From the NCBI GenBank assembly GCA_902514765.1, contig CABXSA010000002.1, positions 17,249-81,248 on the forward strand: DNA of 64,000 nucleotides, in the 5' to 3' direction. The notes beneath the pieces were generated by a model. It was not told where the DNA came from. It was given only the letters and a program-made list of their open reading frames with translations, and searched no databases. The DNA is from an uncultured SAR86 cluster bacterium (GTDB lineage: Bacteria; Pseudomonadota; Gammaproteobacteria; Magnimaribacterales; AG-339-G14). The first letter of the stretch is position 1; every line of letters starts with the position of its first letter. This document shows positions 50,077 to 60,446 of this stretch, piece by piece. A program made the translations under genes and the position numbers.

Positions 50077-50775
50077 ATGAGTGAATCAACATCTATATCT
50101 GCCGAAATAAGAGAAAATAATATTTCAGCAAAAATCTTGAGAAAGTCAGGAGAAATACCTGCAATAGTATATGGTCAAGAAAATGATCCTAAACCGGTTA
50201 AAATTTTAGAAAAAGATTTAGTAAAAATTCTTGAAAATCCCAGTATTTTTTCTCAAGTGATCGAGTTGAATCAAAATGATGGTGCCGTAAAAGTTATTTT
50301 GAAAGAGGTTCAGGTTAATCCTTCAAATGACAGACCGATCCACGTCGATTTTCAAGCCGTTAGTGAAAAGACTAACATCACAATTAATGTGCCTCTAAAA
50401 TTTATTAATGAAGAGGTTTGTATCGGAGTGAAACAACAAGGCGGGATGATTTCACATCTAAAAAATGAGATTGAATTGACTTGTAATGCTCAAAATCTTC
50501 CAGAATTCATTGAGATTGATATGAAAGATCTGGAAATAGGTTCAAACGTTATGCAGTCTCAAATTATCCTTCCTGAAGGAGTTTCTCTAAGTACTAACAT
50601 TCTTAACAATCAAGACCAACCAGTTGCAAGTGTGAACGTTACTCGAGCTGCTCTTGATATTGACGATGAGCCTTCTGAAGGCGAACAAGATGAATCTGAA
50701 GAGTCTACAGATGAGGCTTCTGAAACTAAAGATGCTGCAGATGAGAGTAGCTCTGAGGAAGAATCTAAAGACTAA
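50077..50775 (+). CDS. rplY: 50S ribosomal protein L25 (Ctc form) with acidic C-terminal tail
   Basis: 232 aa. L25/Ctc N- and C-domains, then about 45 aa of D/E/S-rich sequence. prs-rplY-pth order. Confidence 0.9.
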   Translation: MSESTSISAEIRENNISAKILRKSGEIPAIVYGQENDPKPVKILEKDLVKILENPSIFSQVIELNQNDGAVKVILKEVQVNPSNDRPIHVDFQAVSEKTNITINVPLKFINEEVCIGVKQQGGMISHLKNEIELTCNAQNLPEFIEIDMKDLEIGSNVMQSQIILPEGVSLSTNILNNQDQPVASVNVTRAALDIDDEPSEGEQDESEESTDEASETKDAADESSSEEESKD

Positions 50776-50790
50776 CTTTCCTAAATTTTC

Positions 50791-51360
50791 ATGAGTTCTT
50801 TTCTAGTCGTTGGCCTAGGTAACCCAGGTTCAAGATATTCCAATACTAGGCATAATGTTGGAACGGACTTTATCCTAGAAGCTCAAAATAAATATTCTTT
50901 TGATTTAAAAGAAAAGAAAACTTTAAAATCCTTTTTAGCAGAAATAGTCGTCCAAGATAAAAAAGTCATTTTTGCAGTTCCCACTATTTTTATGAATCAT
51001 AGCGGAGTAGCTTTAAAGTTATTAAAAAATAAATTTAATACGACCATAGAAAATATTATCGTCATTCATGATGATCTTGATTTGAAGTCTGGAGTAATAA
51101 AATTAAAAGCAGGCGGAGGACATGGTGGCCACAATGGTTTGAAAAGTATTTTTGAAAATCTAGGATCAAAAGAATTTAAAAGAATTAGAATTGGAATCGA
51201 TCACCCAGGTGATAAGAAAAAAGTAAATAAGTACGTGATTCAGAAAGGAAAAAAAGAGGAAAAGATAGATCGCCTGCAATGTATAGATAAAGGTCTTTCC
51301 GTCATGGAATTTTTATTTCAAGGGGATTGGGACGCAGCCTTAAATAAACTGAATAACTGA
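50791..51360 (+). CDS. pth: Peptidyl-tRNA hydrolase
   Basis: 189 aa with GLGNPG...YSNTRHNVG and HGGHNGLKS motifs. Confidence 0.95.
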   Translation: MSSFLVVGLGNPGSRYSNTRHNVGTDFILEAQNKYSFDLKEKKTLKSFLAEIVVQDKKVIFAVPTIFMNHSGVALKLLKNKFNTTIENIIVIHDDLDLKSGVIKLKAGGGHGGHNGLKSIFENLGSKEFKRIRIGIDHPGDKKKVNKYVIQKGKKEEKIDRLQCIDKGLSVMEFLFQGDWDAALNKLNN

Positions 51361-52448
51361 TGTCATTAAAATGTGGGATAGTTGGCTTGCCTAATGTCGG
51401 CAAATCAACACTATTTAATGCCCTTACTGCCTCGAAAATTGCTGCAGAAAACTTTCCTTTTTGTACTATTGAGCCTAATCATGGAATAGTTGAATTACCT
51501 GATGAAAGACTGGATAAAATTTCAAAAATATCTAAATCTGAAAAAGTGATTGCTGCAACTGTTGAATTTGTTGATATTGCAGGTTTGGTAGAAGGCGCAT
51601 CCAAAGGAGAAGGTTTAGGAAATAAGTTTTTAGGTCACATAAGAGAGACTCAAACAATTATTCATGTAGTCAGGTGCTTTGAAGATAATGAGGTTACTCA
51701 TGTAAATGAAAAAGTAGATCCAATTTCAGATGTTGAAATCATAGAAATGGAATTAATCTTGTCAGATATAGAATCTTTAGAAAAAACAAAAGAAAGAATT
51801 GTAAGAAAAGCAAAAAGTGGAGATAAGGATTTGTTAAAAGATCTTACTAGAATAGAAGATATTTTAACCATTCTCAAAAAAGGAGATTCTCTTTTTGAAT
51901 ATTTACAGGATGATGAAAATAAAACTTTTGTAAATGAAGTTGGCCTTCTATCCGCAAAACCAGTCATCTTTGTTGCAAACTTGAATGAAGATATGGAAGA
52001 AACCGACGGGCTTAATAAATTAAGAGAAAAAGCACATTCAAATGGTTCTCAATTAATTGAAATGTGCAACCAGATAGAATTTGAAATAAGCGAACTTGAA
52101 AATGAAAGTAGGCAGGAACTTATAGATCTTGTAGGTTTAGAAGAGCCAGGTCTTAATAAATTAATAAAAACTGCTTTTAGAACTTTAGGACTGCAAACTT
52201 TTTTTACTTCAGGTCAATCGGAATCTAGAGCTTGGGTAATAAAAAATGGAACCAAAGCTCCGGATGCTGCAGGAGTAATCCATACCGATTTCAAAAAAGG
52301 ATTCATTCGAGCCGAAACTGTATCTTTCAAAGATTTTATTGAATTTGATGGAGAGCAAGGTGCAAAAGCTCAAGGGAAATGGCGATCTGAAGGAGCAGAT
52401 TACGAAGTTAAAGACGGAGATATAATTTTATTCAGATTTAATGTTTAG
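51360..52448 (+). CDS. ychF: Ribosome-binding ATPase YchF
   Basis: 362 aa. GIVGLPNVGKST P-loop and C-terminal TGS domain (IHTDFKKGFIRAE). Confidence 0.96.
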   Translation: MSLKCGIVGLPNVGKSTLFNALTASKIAAENFPFCTIEPNHGIVELPDERLDKISKISKSEKVIAATVEFVDIAGLVEGASKGEGLGNKFLGHIRETQTIIHVVRCFEDNEVTHVNEKVDPISDVEIIEMELILSDIESLEKTKERIVRKAKSGDKDLLKDLTRIEDILTILKKGDSLFEYLQDDENKTFVNEVGLLSAKPVIFVANLNEDMEETDGLNKLREKAHSNGSQLIEMCNQIEFEISELENESRQELIDLVGLEEPGLNKLIKTAFRTLGLQTFFTSGQSESRAWVIKNGTKAPDAAGVIHTDFKKGFIRAETVSFKDFIEFDGEQGAKAQGKWRSEGADYEVKDGDIILFRFNV

Positions 52449-52452
52449 AATC

Positions 52453-52481
52453 TTGACAATTAGTCTAACTACAAAGAGAAT
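52453..52481 (+). promoter_or_regulatory. Candidate sigma70 promoter for tRNA-Met (TTGACA-17-GAGAAT)
   Basis: A perfect -35 hexamer at 52453-52458, a 17-nt spacer, then GAGAAT at 52476-52481, 9 nt before the tRNA 5' end. Confidence 0.45.
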
Positions 52482-52490
52482 CCATTTTTC

Positions 52491-52567
52491 GGCTATGTAG
52501 CTCAGCTGGTTAGAGCGCAGCATTCATAATGCTGAGGTCGGTAGTTCAAGTCTACCCATAGCCACCA
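52491..52567 (+). tRNA. tRNA-Met (anticodon CAT), elongator type
   Basis: Acceptor GGCTATG/CATAGCC, anticodon arm CAGCA-TTCATAA-TGCTG, T arm GGTAG-TTCAAGT-CTACC, encoded CCA. The acceptor stem resembles E. coli elongator tRNA-Met, not tRNA-Ile2 or the initiator. Confidence 0.9.
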
Positions 52568-52581
52568 ATAAATTTTAAAAA

Positions 52582-52995
52582 TTAAGGATCTACTTTATCG
52601 GGAGCACAATTATCAATTAGTAAAACCTGCATCTCTTCAAGAACGGCAAGGGTTTCTTTGTACTCCACAACTTTTGGATCAACAGCAGTTGATTTAAATC
52701 CAAAAAAGTTTGAACCAGCTCTGGGATTATTGGTTTCAAAACCAAATTGAGTATAGCCTGTATCTCTGTCAGCTTGCTCTGTCAGTTTGGAAGCTAAATC
52801 AGATATTATTCCTGAAACTCTAATTACTTGTTCTGTTAACTCAATACAGTTTAACTCAGAAGGATCGAAATCAAAGTGAGTGTAATCTGCAGTAGGACTT
52901 CTATACCACCAGACTGGGTTTGCACAGCCAATTAAAAATAAAGCTATAAAGCCATAAGATAGGTACTTTTTGTTAGCTTTTTTTAAAAAATTCAT
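52582..52995 (-). CDS. Hypothetical small lipoprotein
   Basis: Start moved to M13 of the track ORF (MNFLKKANKKYLSYGFIALFLIGCANP...), which gives a signal peptide with lipobox LIGC. About 137 aa, two further Cys residues, and no similarity I recognise. It lies downstream of pnp. Confidence 0.55.
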   Translation of the reverse strand: MNFLKKANKKYLSYGFIALFLIGCANPVWWYRSPTADYTHFDFDPSELNCIELTEQVIRVSGIISDLASKLTEQADRDTGYTQFGFETNNPRAGSNFFGFKSTAVDPKVVEYKETLAVLEEMQVLLIDNCAPDKVDP

Positions 52996-53051
52996 ACTAT
53001 CTCCCAAGAACATTAATTTAACAAAGTTCAAATTAAATTAAAACAGAATTT

Positions 53052-55139
53052 TTATTCAGATGATACTTCTTTCATAGAGAGTTTAACTTTCCCTCTATCA
53101 TCAATTCCGATGACTTTTATTTCAACTTCTTCCCCTTCGACAAGGTAATCAGAAATATTTTTAACCCTTTCTTCAGAAATTTCAGAAATATGGACTAAAC
53201 CCTCTCTTCCATTATCGAAAGACACAAAAGCACCAAAATCAACTATTTTTTCTACAGTTCCAAGAGTCACTAAACCAACTTCAGGATCTGAGGTAATAAA
53301 CTCAATTTTTTGTAAAGCATCTTCTCTTTCTTCCTTACTTCGACCATAGATTTTCACAGATCCATTATCAGATATATCTATGTTTGTATTGGTTTCTTCG
53401 GTCAATTTCTTTATATTTGCTCCGCCTTTACCAATGACCTCGCCAATTTTGTTTTTAGGAATTTTAAGCTCTATTGCTTGAGGAGCCAAAGGAGATAATT
53501 CAGACCTGCTTTCAGATAAAACTTTATTCATTTCCCCTAAAATGTGATTTCTTGCTGTGTGAGCTTTATTGAGAGCATCTTCAAGAATTTGTTCGTTTAT
53601 TCCAGCTATCTTTATATCCATTTGTAAAGCAGTTACTCCATCATCTGTTCCTGCTACTTTAAAATCCATATCTCCAAGATGATCTTCATCTCCTAAGATA
53701 TCGGTTATGACACAGTGTTGATCATCAGTTTTTACCAATCCCATAGCAACTCCCGCTACGGGTTTTTTTAACGGAATTCCAGCATCCATCATTGCTAGAC
53801 TCGAAGCACAAACTGTAGCCATCGAACTTGAACCATTAGATTCAGTAATTTCTGATACAACTCTAATTGCATATTCAAAATCTGTTGGATTAGGCAGGAC
53901 TGCTTCTAAGGCTCTTCTTGCAAGTTTCCCATGACCAATTTCTCTTCGTTTTGGGCTTCCAACCATTCCTGCTTCGCCGACGGAAAAAGGAGGAAAATTA
54001 TAATGAAGCATAAAAGGATCCTTTAAATCCCCATGCAACGAATCAATTAATTGAGAGAGCTTCAATGAATCCATAGTCGCTACAGAAATAGATTGCGTCT
54101 CACCCCTAGTAAATAATGCAGAGCCATGAGCCTGTGGTAAAACACCTACCTCAATAGATATTGGTCTGACTGTATCTAAATCTCTTCCGTCAATTCTTGA
54201 TTCTCCAGATAATAATCTTGATCTGACAATCTCAGACTCTAAAGATTTAAATTGACTAAGAGCTTCATCAATTTTTTCATCTTCAGGATCTTCAAAAGAT
54301 GTCTTAACTTTTTCTCTTAATTCTGCAATTTTTTCTTGTCTGCTAGCTTTTTCTGCTATTTGATAAGCATCGGATAAATCCTTAGAAATTAGACTTTGAA
54401 CCTTTTCTTTTATTTCAGTATCCTCTTCCTTAGCTTCATACTCAATCGGGGAAATTGAAGCTTGCGAAACTAATTCATCTATTAGCTCTAGACTTGGTTG
54501 CATTTCAGCTTGAGCAAAAAGAATAGCGCCAAGCATTTGATCTTCTGAAAGTTCTTTTGCTTCTGATTCCACCATGAATATCGCATCTTGTGAGCCCGCC
54601 ACCATCATATTAAGAGATGAACTTTCTAGATCTTCTAAAGATGGGTTTAGAATATAATTTCCATCTATGAAACCAACTTTTGCGGCAGATAGGGGACCTT
54701 GAAAAGGAAGCCCCGAGAGTTGAAGTGCAGCTGATGCTCCTATGATAGAGATAACATCTGCATCATCGTTTTTGTCCATAGATAAAACTGTACATATGAT
54801 CTGTACTTCCCTTCCAAAGCCTTTCGGAAATAGAGGTCTAATAGGCCTATCAATTAGCCTTGAAGTAAGAACTTCTTTTTCAGAAGGCCTACCCTCTCTT
54901 CTAAAAAAACTTCCTGGGATTTTTCCTGAAGCATAAAATTTTTCAATGTAGTTCACAGTAAGAGGGAAAAATCCTTGATCGGATTTATCCTGTCCAGCGA
55001 CTACAGTTACCAGAACTTTAGTGTCTCCAGAAGAAGCAATCACCGATCCGGTTGCTTGCCTAGCAACCTTACCTGTTTCCAACGTAACATTTCTTCCTGC
55101 AATTTCTTTTGTGCAAGATATAACTTTCATATCATTCAT
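53052..55139 (-). CDS. pnp: Polyribonucleotide nucleotidyltransferase (PNPase)
   Basis: 695 aa with two RNase PH domains, a KH domain (GKGGANIKKL) and an S1 domain (GAFVSF...GLVHISE). Confidence 0.97.
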   Translation of the reverse strand: MNDMKVISCTKEIAGRNVTLETGKVARQATGSVIASSGDTKVLVTVVAGQDKSDQGFFPLTVNYIEKFYASGKIPGSFFRREGRPSEKEVLTSRLIDRPIRPLFPKGFGREVQIICTVLSMDKNDDADVISIIGASAALQLSGLPFQGPLSAAKVGFIDGNYILNPSLEDLESSSLNMMVAGSQDAIFMVESEAKELSEDQMLGAILFAQAEMQPSLELIDELVSQASISPIEYEAKEEDTEIKEKVQSLISKDLSDAYQIAEKASRQEKIAELREKVKTSFEDPEDEKIDEALSQFKSLESEIVRSRLLSGESRIDGRDLDTVRPISIEVGVLPQAHGSALFTRGETQSISVATMDSLKLSQLIDSLHGDLKDPFMLHYNFPPFSVGEAGMVGSPKRREIGHGKLARRALEAVLPNPTDFEYAIRVVSEITESNGSSSMATVCASSLAMMDAGIPLKKPVAGVAMGLVKTDDQHCVITDILGDEDHLGDMDFKVAGTDDGVTALQMDIKIAGINEQILEDALNKAHTARNHILGEMNKVLSESRSELSPLAPQAIELKIPKNKIGEVIGKGGANIKKLTEETNTNIDISDNGSVKIYGRSKEEREDALQKIEFITSDPEVGLVTLGTVEKIVDFGAFVSFDNGREGLVHISEISEERVKNISDYLVEGEEVEIKVIGIDDRGKVKLSMKEVSSE

Positions 55140-55172
55140 TTGTTTATTTTCCTTAATTTATGTAACTCTAAG

Positions 55173-55442
55173 TTACTTTCTGAGGTTTAATTCTGAGAGA
55201 ATGGAACTGTATCTTTTAGGATCTTTTTTCTTCAAATAATCCAAAAGCTTACGTCTTGTATTGACCATTCTTATAAGTCCTTGCCTAGAGTGATGATCTT
55301 TGGCGTGGTCTTTGAAATGAGCTTGTAAAGACTCGATATTTGCTGTTAACAAAGCTATTTGAACTTCTGGTGAACCTGTGTCTCCCTTAGATTGAGCAAA
55401 CTTTGAAATAATCTCTTCCTTTGTTTTTGTTTCTAAACTCAA
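55173..55442 (-). CDS. rpsO: 30S ribosomal protein S15
   Basis: 89 aa. [14 protein letters not shown] and [20 protein letters not shown]. Confidence 0.96.
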   Translation of the reverse strand: MSLETKTKEEIISKFAQSKGDTGSPEVQIALLTANIESLQAHFKDHAKDHHSRQGLIRMVNTRRKLLDYLKKKDPKRYSSILSELNLRK

Positions 55443-55461
55443 GAACTGCCTCCTTAGTTAT

Positions 55462-56334
55462 TTAATTTTCTATAGATATTAACCTTTTGGGTGAAACTAA
55501 ACCGTTAATGTTTTTTAAAATTCCAATGAATTTATTTTTTTCGTCAAACAATCTCAGGTATTTGCTTTTTATTTCGGCCTCTTTCAAATATATTTTTTGG
55601 CCTTTTTTTATCCTATCTATTATTTCAGTGGCGCATTGTATCTTATCTAAGCTTCTAAGTGCATCCCCCATTTGAATTATTTTGCTTTTTATATTTTCCC
55701 TGTTTATCGATTCAATTTCATGAGCTTCACTAATCTCATGTTCAGCAGAAATAGTTCTTTGTAAATTAGATAACACTGCGACACAATCCAAATCCCTTGC
55801 CAGATCTTTAACAAGAGATCTTATATAAGTTCCTTTTCCACATTCAACTAAAAACTTGAACTTATTCTGATCAACAGAAATTAAATCTAATTTATATATT
55901 TCTATCTCTCTTATTTTCTTTGGAACTTCTTTATTCTCCCTTGCATAGTGATACAAAGGCTTTCCTTTATATTTTAGAGAAGAATATTTAGGAGCTTCTT
56001 GATTTAAGCTGCCAATAAATTTTTTTTTAATTTTATTGAAATCATTTTTTGTTGGTATTTTTTTAAGTTCCCTTTCAATTTTTCCATCTAAATCGCCAGT
56101 ATCAGTCTGAATACCAAACATCATTTCTGCGATATATGTCTTTCTTTCGTTTGCTAAAAAATTTGTGAATCGAGTCATCTGACCCAGACATGCGAGAATA
56201 ACACCACTAGCTAAAGGATCTAGAGTGCCAGAGTGTCCGATTTTAGAATCATCAAGAAAAGGCTTTAACTTTCTAATAAATTCTCCTGAAGAAATTCCAG
56301 AAGGTTTTTTTAAGACTAACAATCCAGATATCAA
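55462..56334 (-). CDS. truB: tRNA pseudouridine(55) synthase
   Basis: 290 aa. Catalytic motif GHSGTLDPLASGVL. rbfA-truB-rpsO order. Confidence 0.93.
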   Translation of the reverse strand: MISGLLVLKKPSGISSGEFIRKLKPFLDDSKIGHSGTLDPLASGVILACLGQMTRFTNFLANERKTYIAEMMFGIQTDTGDLDGKIERELKKIPTKNDFNKIKKKFIGSLNQEAPKYSSLKYKGKPLYHYARENKEVPKKIREIEIYKLDLISVDQNKFKFLVECGKGTYIRSLVKDLARDLDCVAVLSNLQRTISAEHEISEAHEIESINRENIKSKIIQMGDALRSLDKIQCATEIIDRIKKGQKIYLKEAEIKSKYLRLFDEKNKFIGILKNINGLVSPKRLISIEN

Positions 56335-56657
56335 ATTGGGATATCCTGTTGATCAATAAAAAACAAAAGTTCAGGCATTTTTTTTAATTTAATGTTTTGT
56401 CCTAACTTTTTTTTGACAAATGGTTTTGAATTTTCTAAAGCTTTGGTAAGGCTATCCTGATCTTCATTTAATTTTTGATTTAAGTAGTTAGAAAGAAATA
56501 TTCTTGCAGACGATAAGTCATCACTTAACTTGACTTCAGTTACAGTGAGGCCTTTAAGTCTTGGATCACTAATCTCAAAACTAAATATATTAGCTATTTC
56601 TCGTCTGATATTGTCTGAAACTCTTTGAGCTCTTTTATAAGGTTTTGAACTAAACAA
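56331..56657 (-). CDS. rbfA: Ribosome-binding factor A
   Basis: 108 aa. RAQRVSDNIRREIANI...DPRL motif. Follows infB. Confidence 0.88.
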   Translation of the reverse strand: MFSSKPYKRAQRVSDNIRREIANIFSFEISDPRLKGLTVTEVKLSDDLSSARIFLSNYLNQKLNEDQDSLTKALENSKPFVKKKLGQNIKLKKMPELLFFIDQQDIPI

Positions 56658-58967
56658 TTAAATTTTTCTAGCAGTTTCCGTTCTTTCGAAAACTTCTATT
56701 TTATCTCCAACTTTTACATCATTGTAATTTTCGATACCAATTCCACATTCTGTTCCGCTTTTTACTTCACTAGCCTCATCTTTAAACCTTCTTAAAGAAT
56801 CGAGCTTACCCTCATGAATAACAATATTGTCTCTGAGAACTCGAATTGGGAGATTTTTTATCACTGCTCCTTCTATAACAATTGAACCAGCTATCAAGCC
56901 AAATTTTGGCGATTTAAAAGTATCCTTAACTTCCGCAATTCCAACTGTAACCTCTTTAATTTCAGGCTCTAGAGAACCTTCTATTATTTCTTTTACAGCA
57001 TCAAGCAAGTCATAAATTATTCCAAAATATTGAATTTTTATCTCTTCGGTTTCTGCAAGCGTTTCAGCTGCTGCATCAGACCTAACATTAAATCCGAGAA
57101 CAACGGCTTCTGAAGCTACAGCTAAATTTACATCGTTTACTGAAACTGGGCCGACGCCATCTAAGACTATTTTGATCTTTGCGTCTTCTACTTTTAAATT
57201 ATTTATAGCACCTGCAATTGCTTCTGCAGAACCATTTGTATCTGTCTTAATTATTAAATTTACCGAAGGTTTTGCGGAATCTCCAGCACCTGGGAAAATA
57301 CCATCCAAGCTGACTACTCCCTTTTTGGCCAATCTACTATCTCTACTTTTGCTAGCTCTTTCTTCAGATAAACTCTTTGCTGCCTTTTCATCTTTTACAA
57401 CCATGAACTCTTGACCAGCATTGGGAGGATATTCAAGTCCAGAGATTGCAACAGGAGATGATGGAGGAGAAGTTTTAATTTGAGATCCTAAAAAGTTTTT
57501 GAGGCTCCTTATTTTTCTGAATTGATCTCCGATTAAGACAAAATCTCCACTATTTAAAGTACCTCTTTGGACCAGGAGAGTTGCAACAGCTCCCTCACCT
57601 TTTTTGACTCCAGATTCTAAAACCACTCCAGATGCTGGACCGTCATGATTGGTTTTTAATTCCAACATTTCAGAAAGCAAAGTTATATTTTCTATAAGGT
57701 CGTCTATTCCTTCACCGGTTTTTGCTGAAACAGGCACAACTTGAGTATCTCCACCCCAATCTTCTGGGACAAGGCCCATTTTTGAGAGATCTCCTTTTAC
57801 TTTCTCTATGTCTGAATCAGGTTTATCAATTTTATTTACTGCAACTATCACCTGAACATTTGCAGCTTTTGCATGATTAAAAGCCTCTTCTGTTTGAGGT
57901 TGAACGCTGTCATCGGCAGCAACAACCAAGACTACGATATCTGTGGAGTTGGCTCCTCTTGCTCGCATTTCTGAAAAGGCTGCGTGTCCAGGCGTATCGA
58001 TAAATGTAATGGTTTGATTATTTCGATCTACCTGATAAGCTCCAATTCCTTGTGTAATTCCCCCTTCTTCCTGATCAGCTACAGATGATTTTCTAATAAA
58101 ATCAAGTATTGAAGTTTTTCCATGGTCAACATGTCCTAAAACTGAAACTACAGGATTTCTCAACTCTTCATCTCCTTCATAGACTATGTTTTCAAGAATT
58201 TTTTCCTCTTCAGATTCAATGTCTTGAGGTATACCAATGTGTCCTAACTCTTCGACCACTAAAATAGCTGTCTCCTGATCAATAGCTTGATTTAAGGTAA
58301 CCATAACGCCACTATTCATCAACGATTTAATCAAATCCGATGATTTAATAGATAATTCTTTAGCAAGATCCGATACGATAATACTTTCAGGAACTTTTAC
58401 TTCTTTTTGGATGAATTCTTGAGGTTTTTCAAATTTTTGAACATTTTCAAAGTTTTTTTCTAGAAATTTTTCACCCTCTTGCTCTCTTTGATCCTCTTTG
58501 GAGCTATCTTTAAATGTTTTTTTATCTTTTTTTAAGTTTTGAGGAATTTTCTTTTGGGGTTCCTGCTTTGTTTTTCTGACAACTTTTGTTTTTGCTTCTG
58601 CTTTCTTTTTTTCTTCTTCCACTGACTCATTTTGAGCATTCAATCTTTTTCTTTCTGCTTCATCGAAATCAATTGATCCAGTAAAGTCTTGTTTTACATT
58701 TGACTTTTTTTCTTTATCTGGAGAATTAATTCTTGTGACAGATAAATTTGGTTTTGCTGTTTTCTGGGAAGAGTTACTTAAGGAAATTGTTTTTTTACTG
58801 TCTTTCTTACTATCTTTGATGAATTTTAAGAGTACTTTTTTATCTTCAGTACTAACAATATCTTTTTCCGATTTATGAGAAAGGCCCGCAGCCTTCATCT
58901 GCGCCAACAAATTATCTAAATCAATTTTTATTGCTTTAGAAAGTTGTTTAACATTTATATCTGCCAT
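56658..58967 (-). CDS. infB: Translation initiation factor IF-2
   Basis: 769 aa. K/E-rich N-terminal region, G domain (GHVDHGKTS, DTPGH, NKID) and C-terminal domains. Confidence 0.97.
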   Translation of the reverse strand: MADINVKQLSKAIKIDLDNLLAQMKAAGLSHKSEKDIVSTEDKKVLLKFIKDSKKDSKKTISLSNSSQKTAKPNLSVTRINSPDKEKKSNVKQDFTGSIDFDEAERKRLNAQNESVEEEKKKAEAKTKVVRKTKQEPQKKIPQNLKKDKKTFKDSSKEDQREQEGEKFLEKNFENVQKFEKPQEFIQKEVKVPESIIVSDLAKELSIKSSDLIKSLMNSGVMVTLNQAIDQETAILVVEELGHIGIPQDIESEEEKILENIVYEGDEELRNPVVSVLGHVDHGKTSILDFIRKSSVADQEEGGITQGIGAYQVDRNNQTITFIDTPGHAAFSEMRARGANSTDIVVLVVAADDSVQPQTEEAFNHAKAANVQVIVAVNKIDKPDSDIEKVKGDLSKMGLVPEDWGGDTQVVPVSAKTGEGIDDLIENITLLSEMLELKTNHDGPASGVVLESGVKKGEGAVATLLVQRGTLNSGDFVLIGDQFRKIRSLKNFLGSQIKTSPPSSPVAISGLEYPPNAGQEFMVVKDEKAAKSLSEERASKSRDSRLAKKGVVSLDGIFPGAGDSAKPSVNLIIKTDTNGSAEAIAGAINNLKVEDAKIKIVLDGVGPVSVNDVNLAVASEAVVLGFNVRSDAAAETLAETEEIKIQYFGIIYDLLDAVKEIIEGSLEPEIKEVTVGIAEVKDTFKSPKFGLIAGSIVIEGAVIKNLPIRVLRDNIVIHEGKLDSLRRFKDEASEVKSGTECGIGIENYNDVKVGDKIEVFERTETARKI

Positions 58968-58970
58968 AAT

Positions 58971-60446
58971 TTAATCTTCCAGCCATTCTTCTCGAGCTGA
59001 CATTATAAGTTTAGCTGCTCTTTCTTCATCTATTTCAAAAATTTCTGTTAATTCATCTGTAGCTAAATCGGCTAGATTCTCAATAGTGAGAATATTATTT
59101 TTTGATAACAACTTTAATTCTTCTTCAGAAAAACCATCTGATACTTCTAGTTGTCTTGTTTCCTTAGTTTCTTCTTCCATTTCATCTTCGTCTAATTCCA
59201 ATAAAGCAATTTCTAGAAGAGACTCTTCTGCTCTTTCTATAAGAGTTAAAATTACCTCTTCTTCCAGACCATCAATACCTCCAAAATCTTCTAATTTTGA
59301 TTCAGAGATTTTTTGAACAGTTCCAAGATCATTCTCTATGAGTTTTGTTGCAAGATTTCTATCAACGCCGAGATATTCAATAAGTTTTGAAATTTCTGAA
59401 TCATTTTCACCAGATGACTCTCCTTTTATTTGTATTTGCCAGCCCAGAAGTTCGGAAGCAAGTCTAATATTCTGACCACTTTTACCAATTGCTAAGGCTA
59501 GATTTTCATCTTTTACAACCACCTCCATAGATTGGTTTTCATCATCCATTACGATGGATAAAATTTCTGCAGGTGCTAAAGTATTTACAAGCAACTTAGC
59601 TTGATCGTCTTCCCAAACAACAATATCAATTCTTTCATTGCCTAATTCGCCTGAAACAGCCTGTACCCTGGAGCCTCTCATACCAACACAAGCTCCGACT
59701 GGGTCTATTCTTGCGTCATTAGTTTTTACAGCAATTTTTGTTCTAGCTCCTGCTTCTCTTGCAACGGCTCTTATCTCAATTACTTCTTCAGCAATTTCCG
59801 GAACCTCTAATTTAAATAGTTCTGAAACCATTTCTTTAGAACTTCTACTTAAAACTAATTGGGGGCCTCTGTTTTCTCTAATACTTTCTTCAAGAATCCC
59901 TTTTATTCTATCGCCAACTCGATAAATTTCTCCTTGGATAAGATCTTTTCTTGGTAAAGAAGCTTCCGCATTATCTCCAAGATCAACAATAATGTACTCA
60001 CGAGTTACTTTTTTTACTGATCCAGATATTAATTGTCCTAAGGAAGGTCTAAATCTTTTAATAATTTCTAGTCTTTCAGCATCCCTTACTTTTTGAACAA
60101 TAACTTGTTTAGCTGCCTGTGCAGCTATCCTCCCAAACTCAGCATTTTCAACCTGCTCTCTGAATATATCCCCAACCTTTAGGTCATTTTCTTCTGCAAA
60201 ATCACTATCAACTAAAATATGTAATTCGCTATCTTCATAATTTTCAAAATCAACAACATCCTTGTATCTAAAAGTTTGATAATCCCCTGTGGATTGGTCA
60301 ATATCAACAAGAATATTTACTTCTTCTTTGTATCTTTTCTTAGCTGCACTAGCTAATGCAAACTCTATCGCTTCAAAAATTGTCTCTTTAGGCAAATCTT
60401 TTTCATTTGAAACCGAGTCTGCAACTAGTAATATTTCTTCATTCAT
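58971..60446 (-). CDS. nusA: Transcription termination/antitermination factor NusA
   Basis: 491 aa with S1 and KH domains plus a C-terminal acidic repeat region. rimP-nusA-infB order. Confidence 0.96.
   Translation of the reverse strand: MNEEILLVADSVSNEKDLPKETIFEAIEFALASAAKKRYKEEVNILVDIDQSTGDYQTFRYKDVVDFENYEDSELHILVDSDFAEENDLKVGDIFREQVENAEFGRIAAQAAKQVIVQKVRDAERLEIIKRFRPSLGQLISGSVKKVTREYIIVDLGDNAEASLPRKDLIQGEIYRVGDRIKGILEESIRENRGPQLVLSRSSKEMVSELFKLEVPEIAEEVIEIRAVAREAGARTKIAVKTNDARIDPVGACVGMRGSRVQAVSGELGNERIDIVVWEDDQAKLLVNTLAPAEILSIVMDDENQSMEVVVKDENLALAIGKSGQNIRLASELLGWQIQIKGESSGENDSEISKLIEYLGVDRNLATKLIENDLGTVQKISESKLEDFGGIDGLEEEVILTLIERAEESLLEIALLELDEDEMEEETKETRQLEVSDGFSEEELKLLSKNNILTIENLADLATDELTEIFEIDEERAAKLIMSAREEWLED

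Noticed and set aside
50640-50775. The D/E/S-rich tail of L25, considered as a separate novelty.
   Set aside because: It is a short low-complexity acidic tail with no DNA-level repeat structure. It is mentioned only as context for the S6 tail.
55162-55176. A 5-bp hairpin (gtaac…gttac) spanning the rpsO stop codon, considered as a possible rpsO terminator or pnp leader RNase III site.
   Set aside because: The stem is too short and weak to support a call. The rpsO-pnp spacer is only 33 nt, far shorter than the structured E. coli pnp leader.
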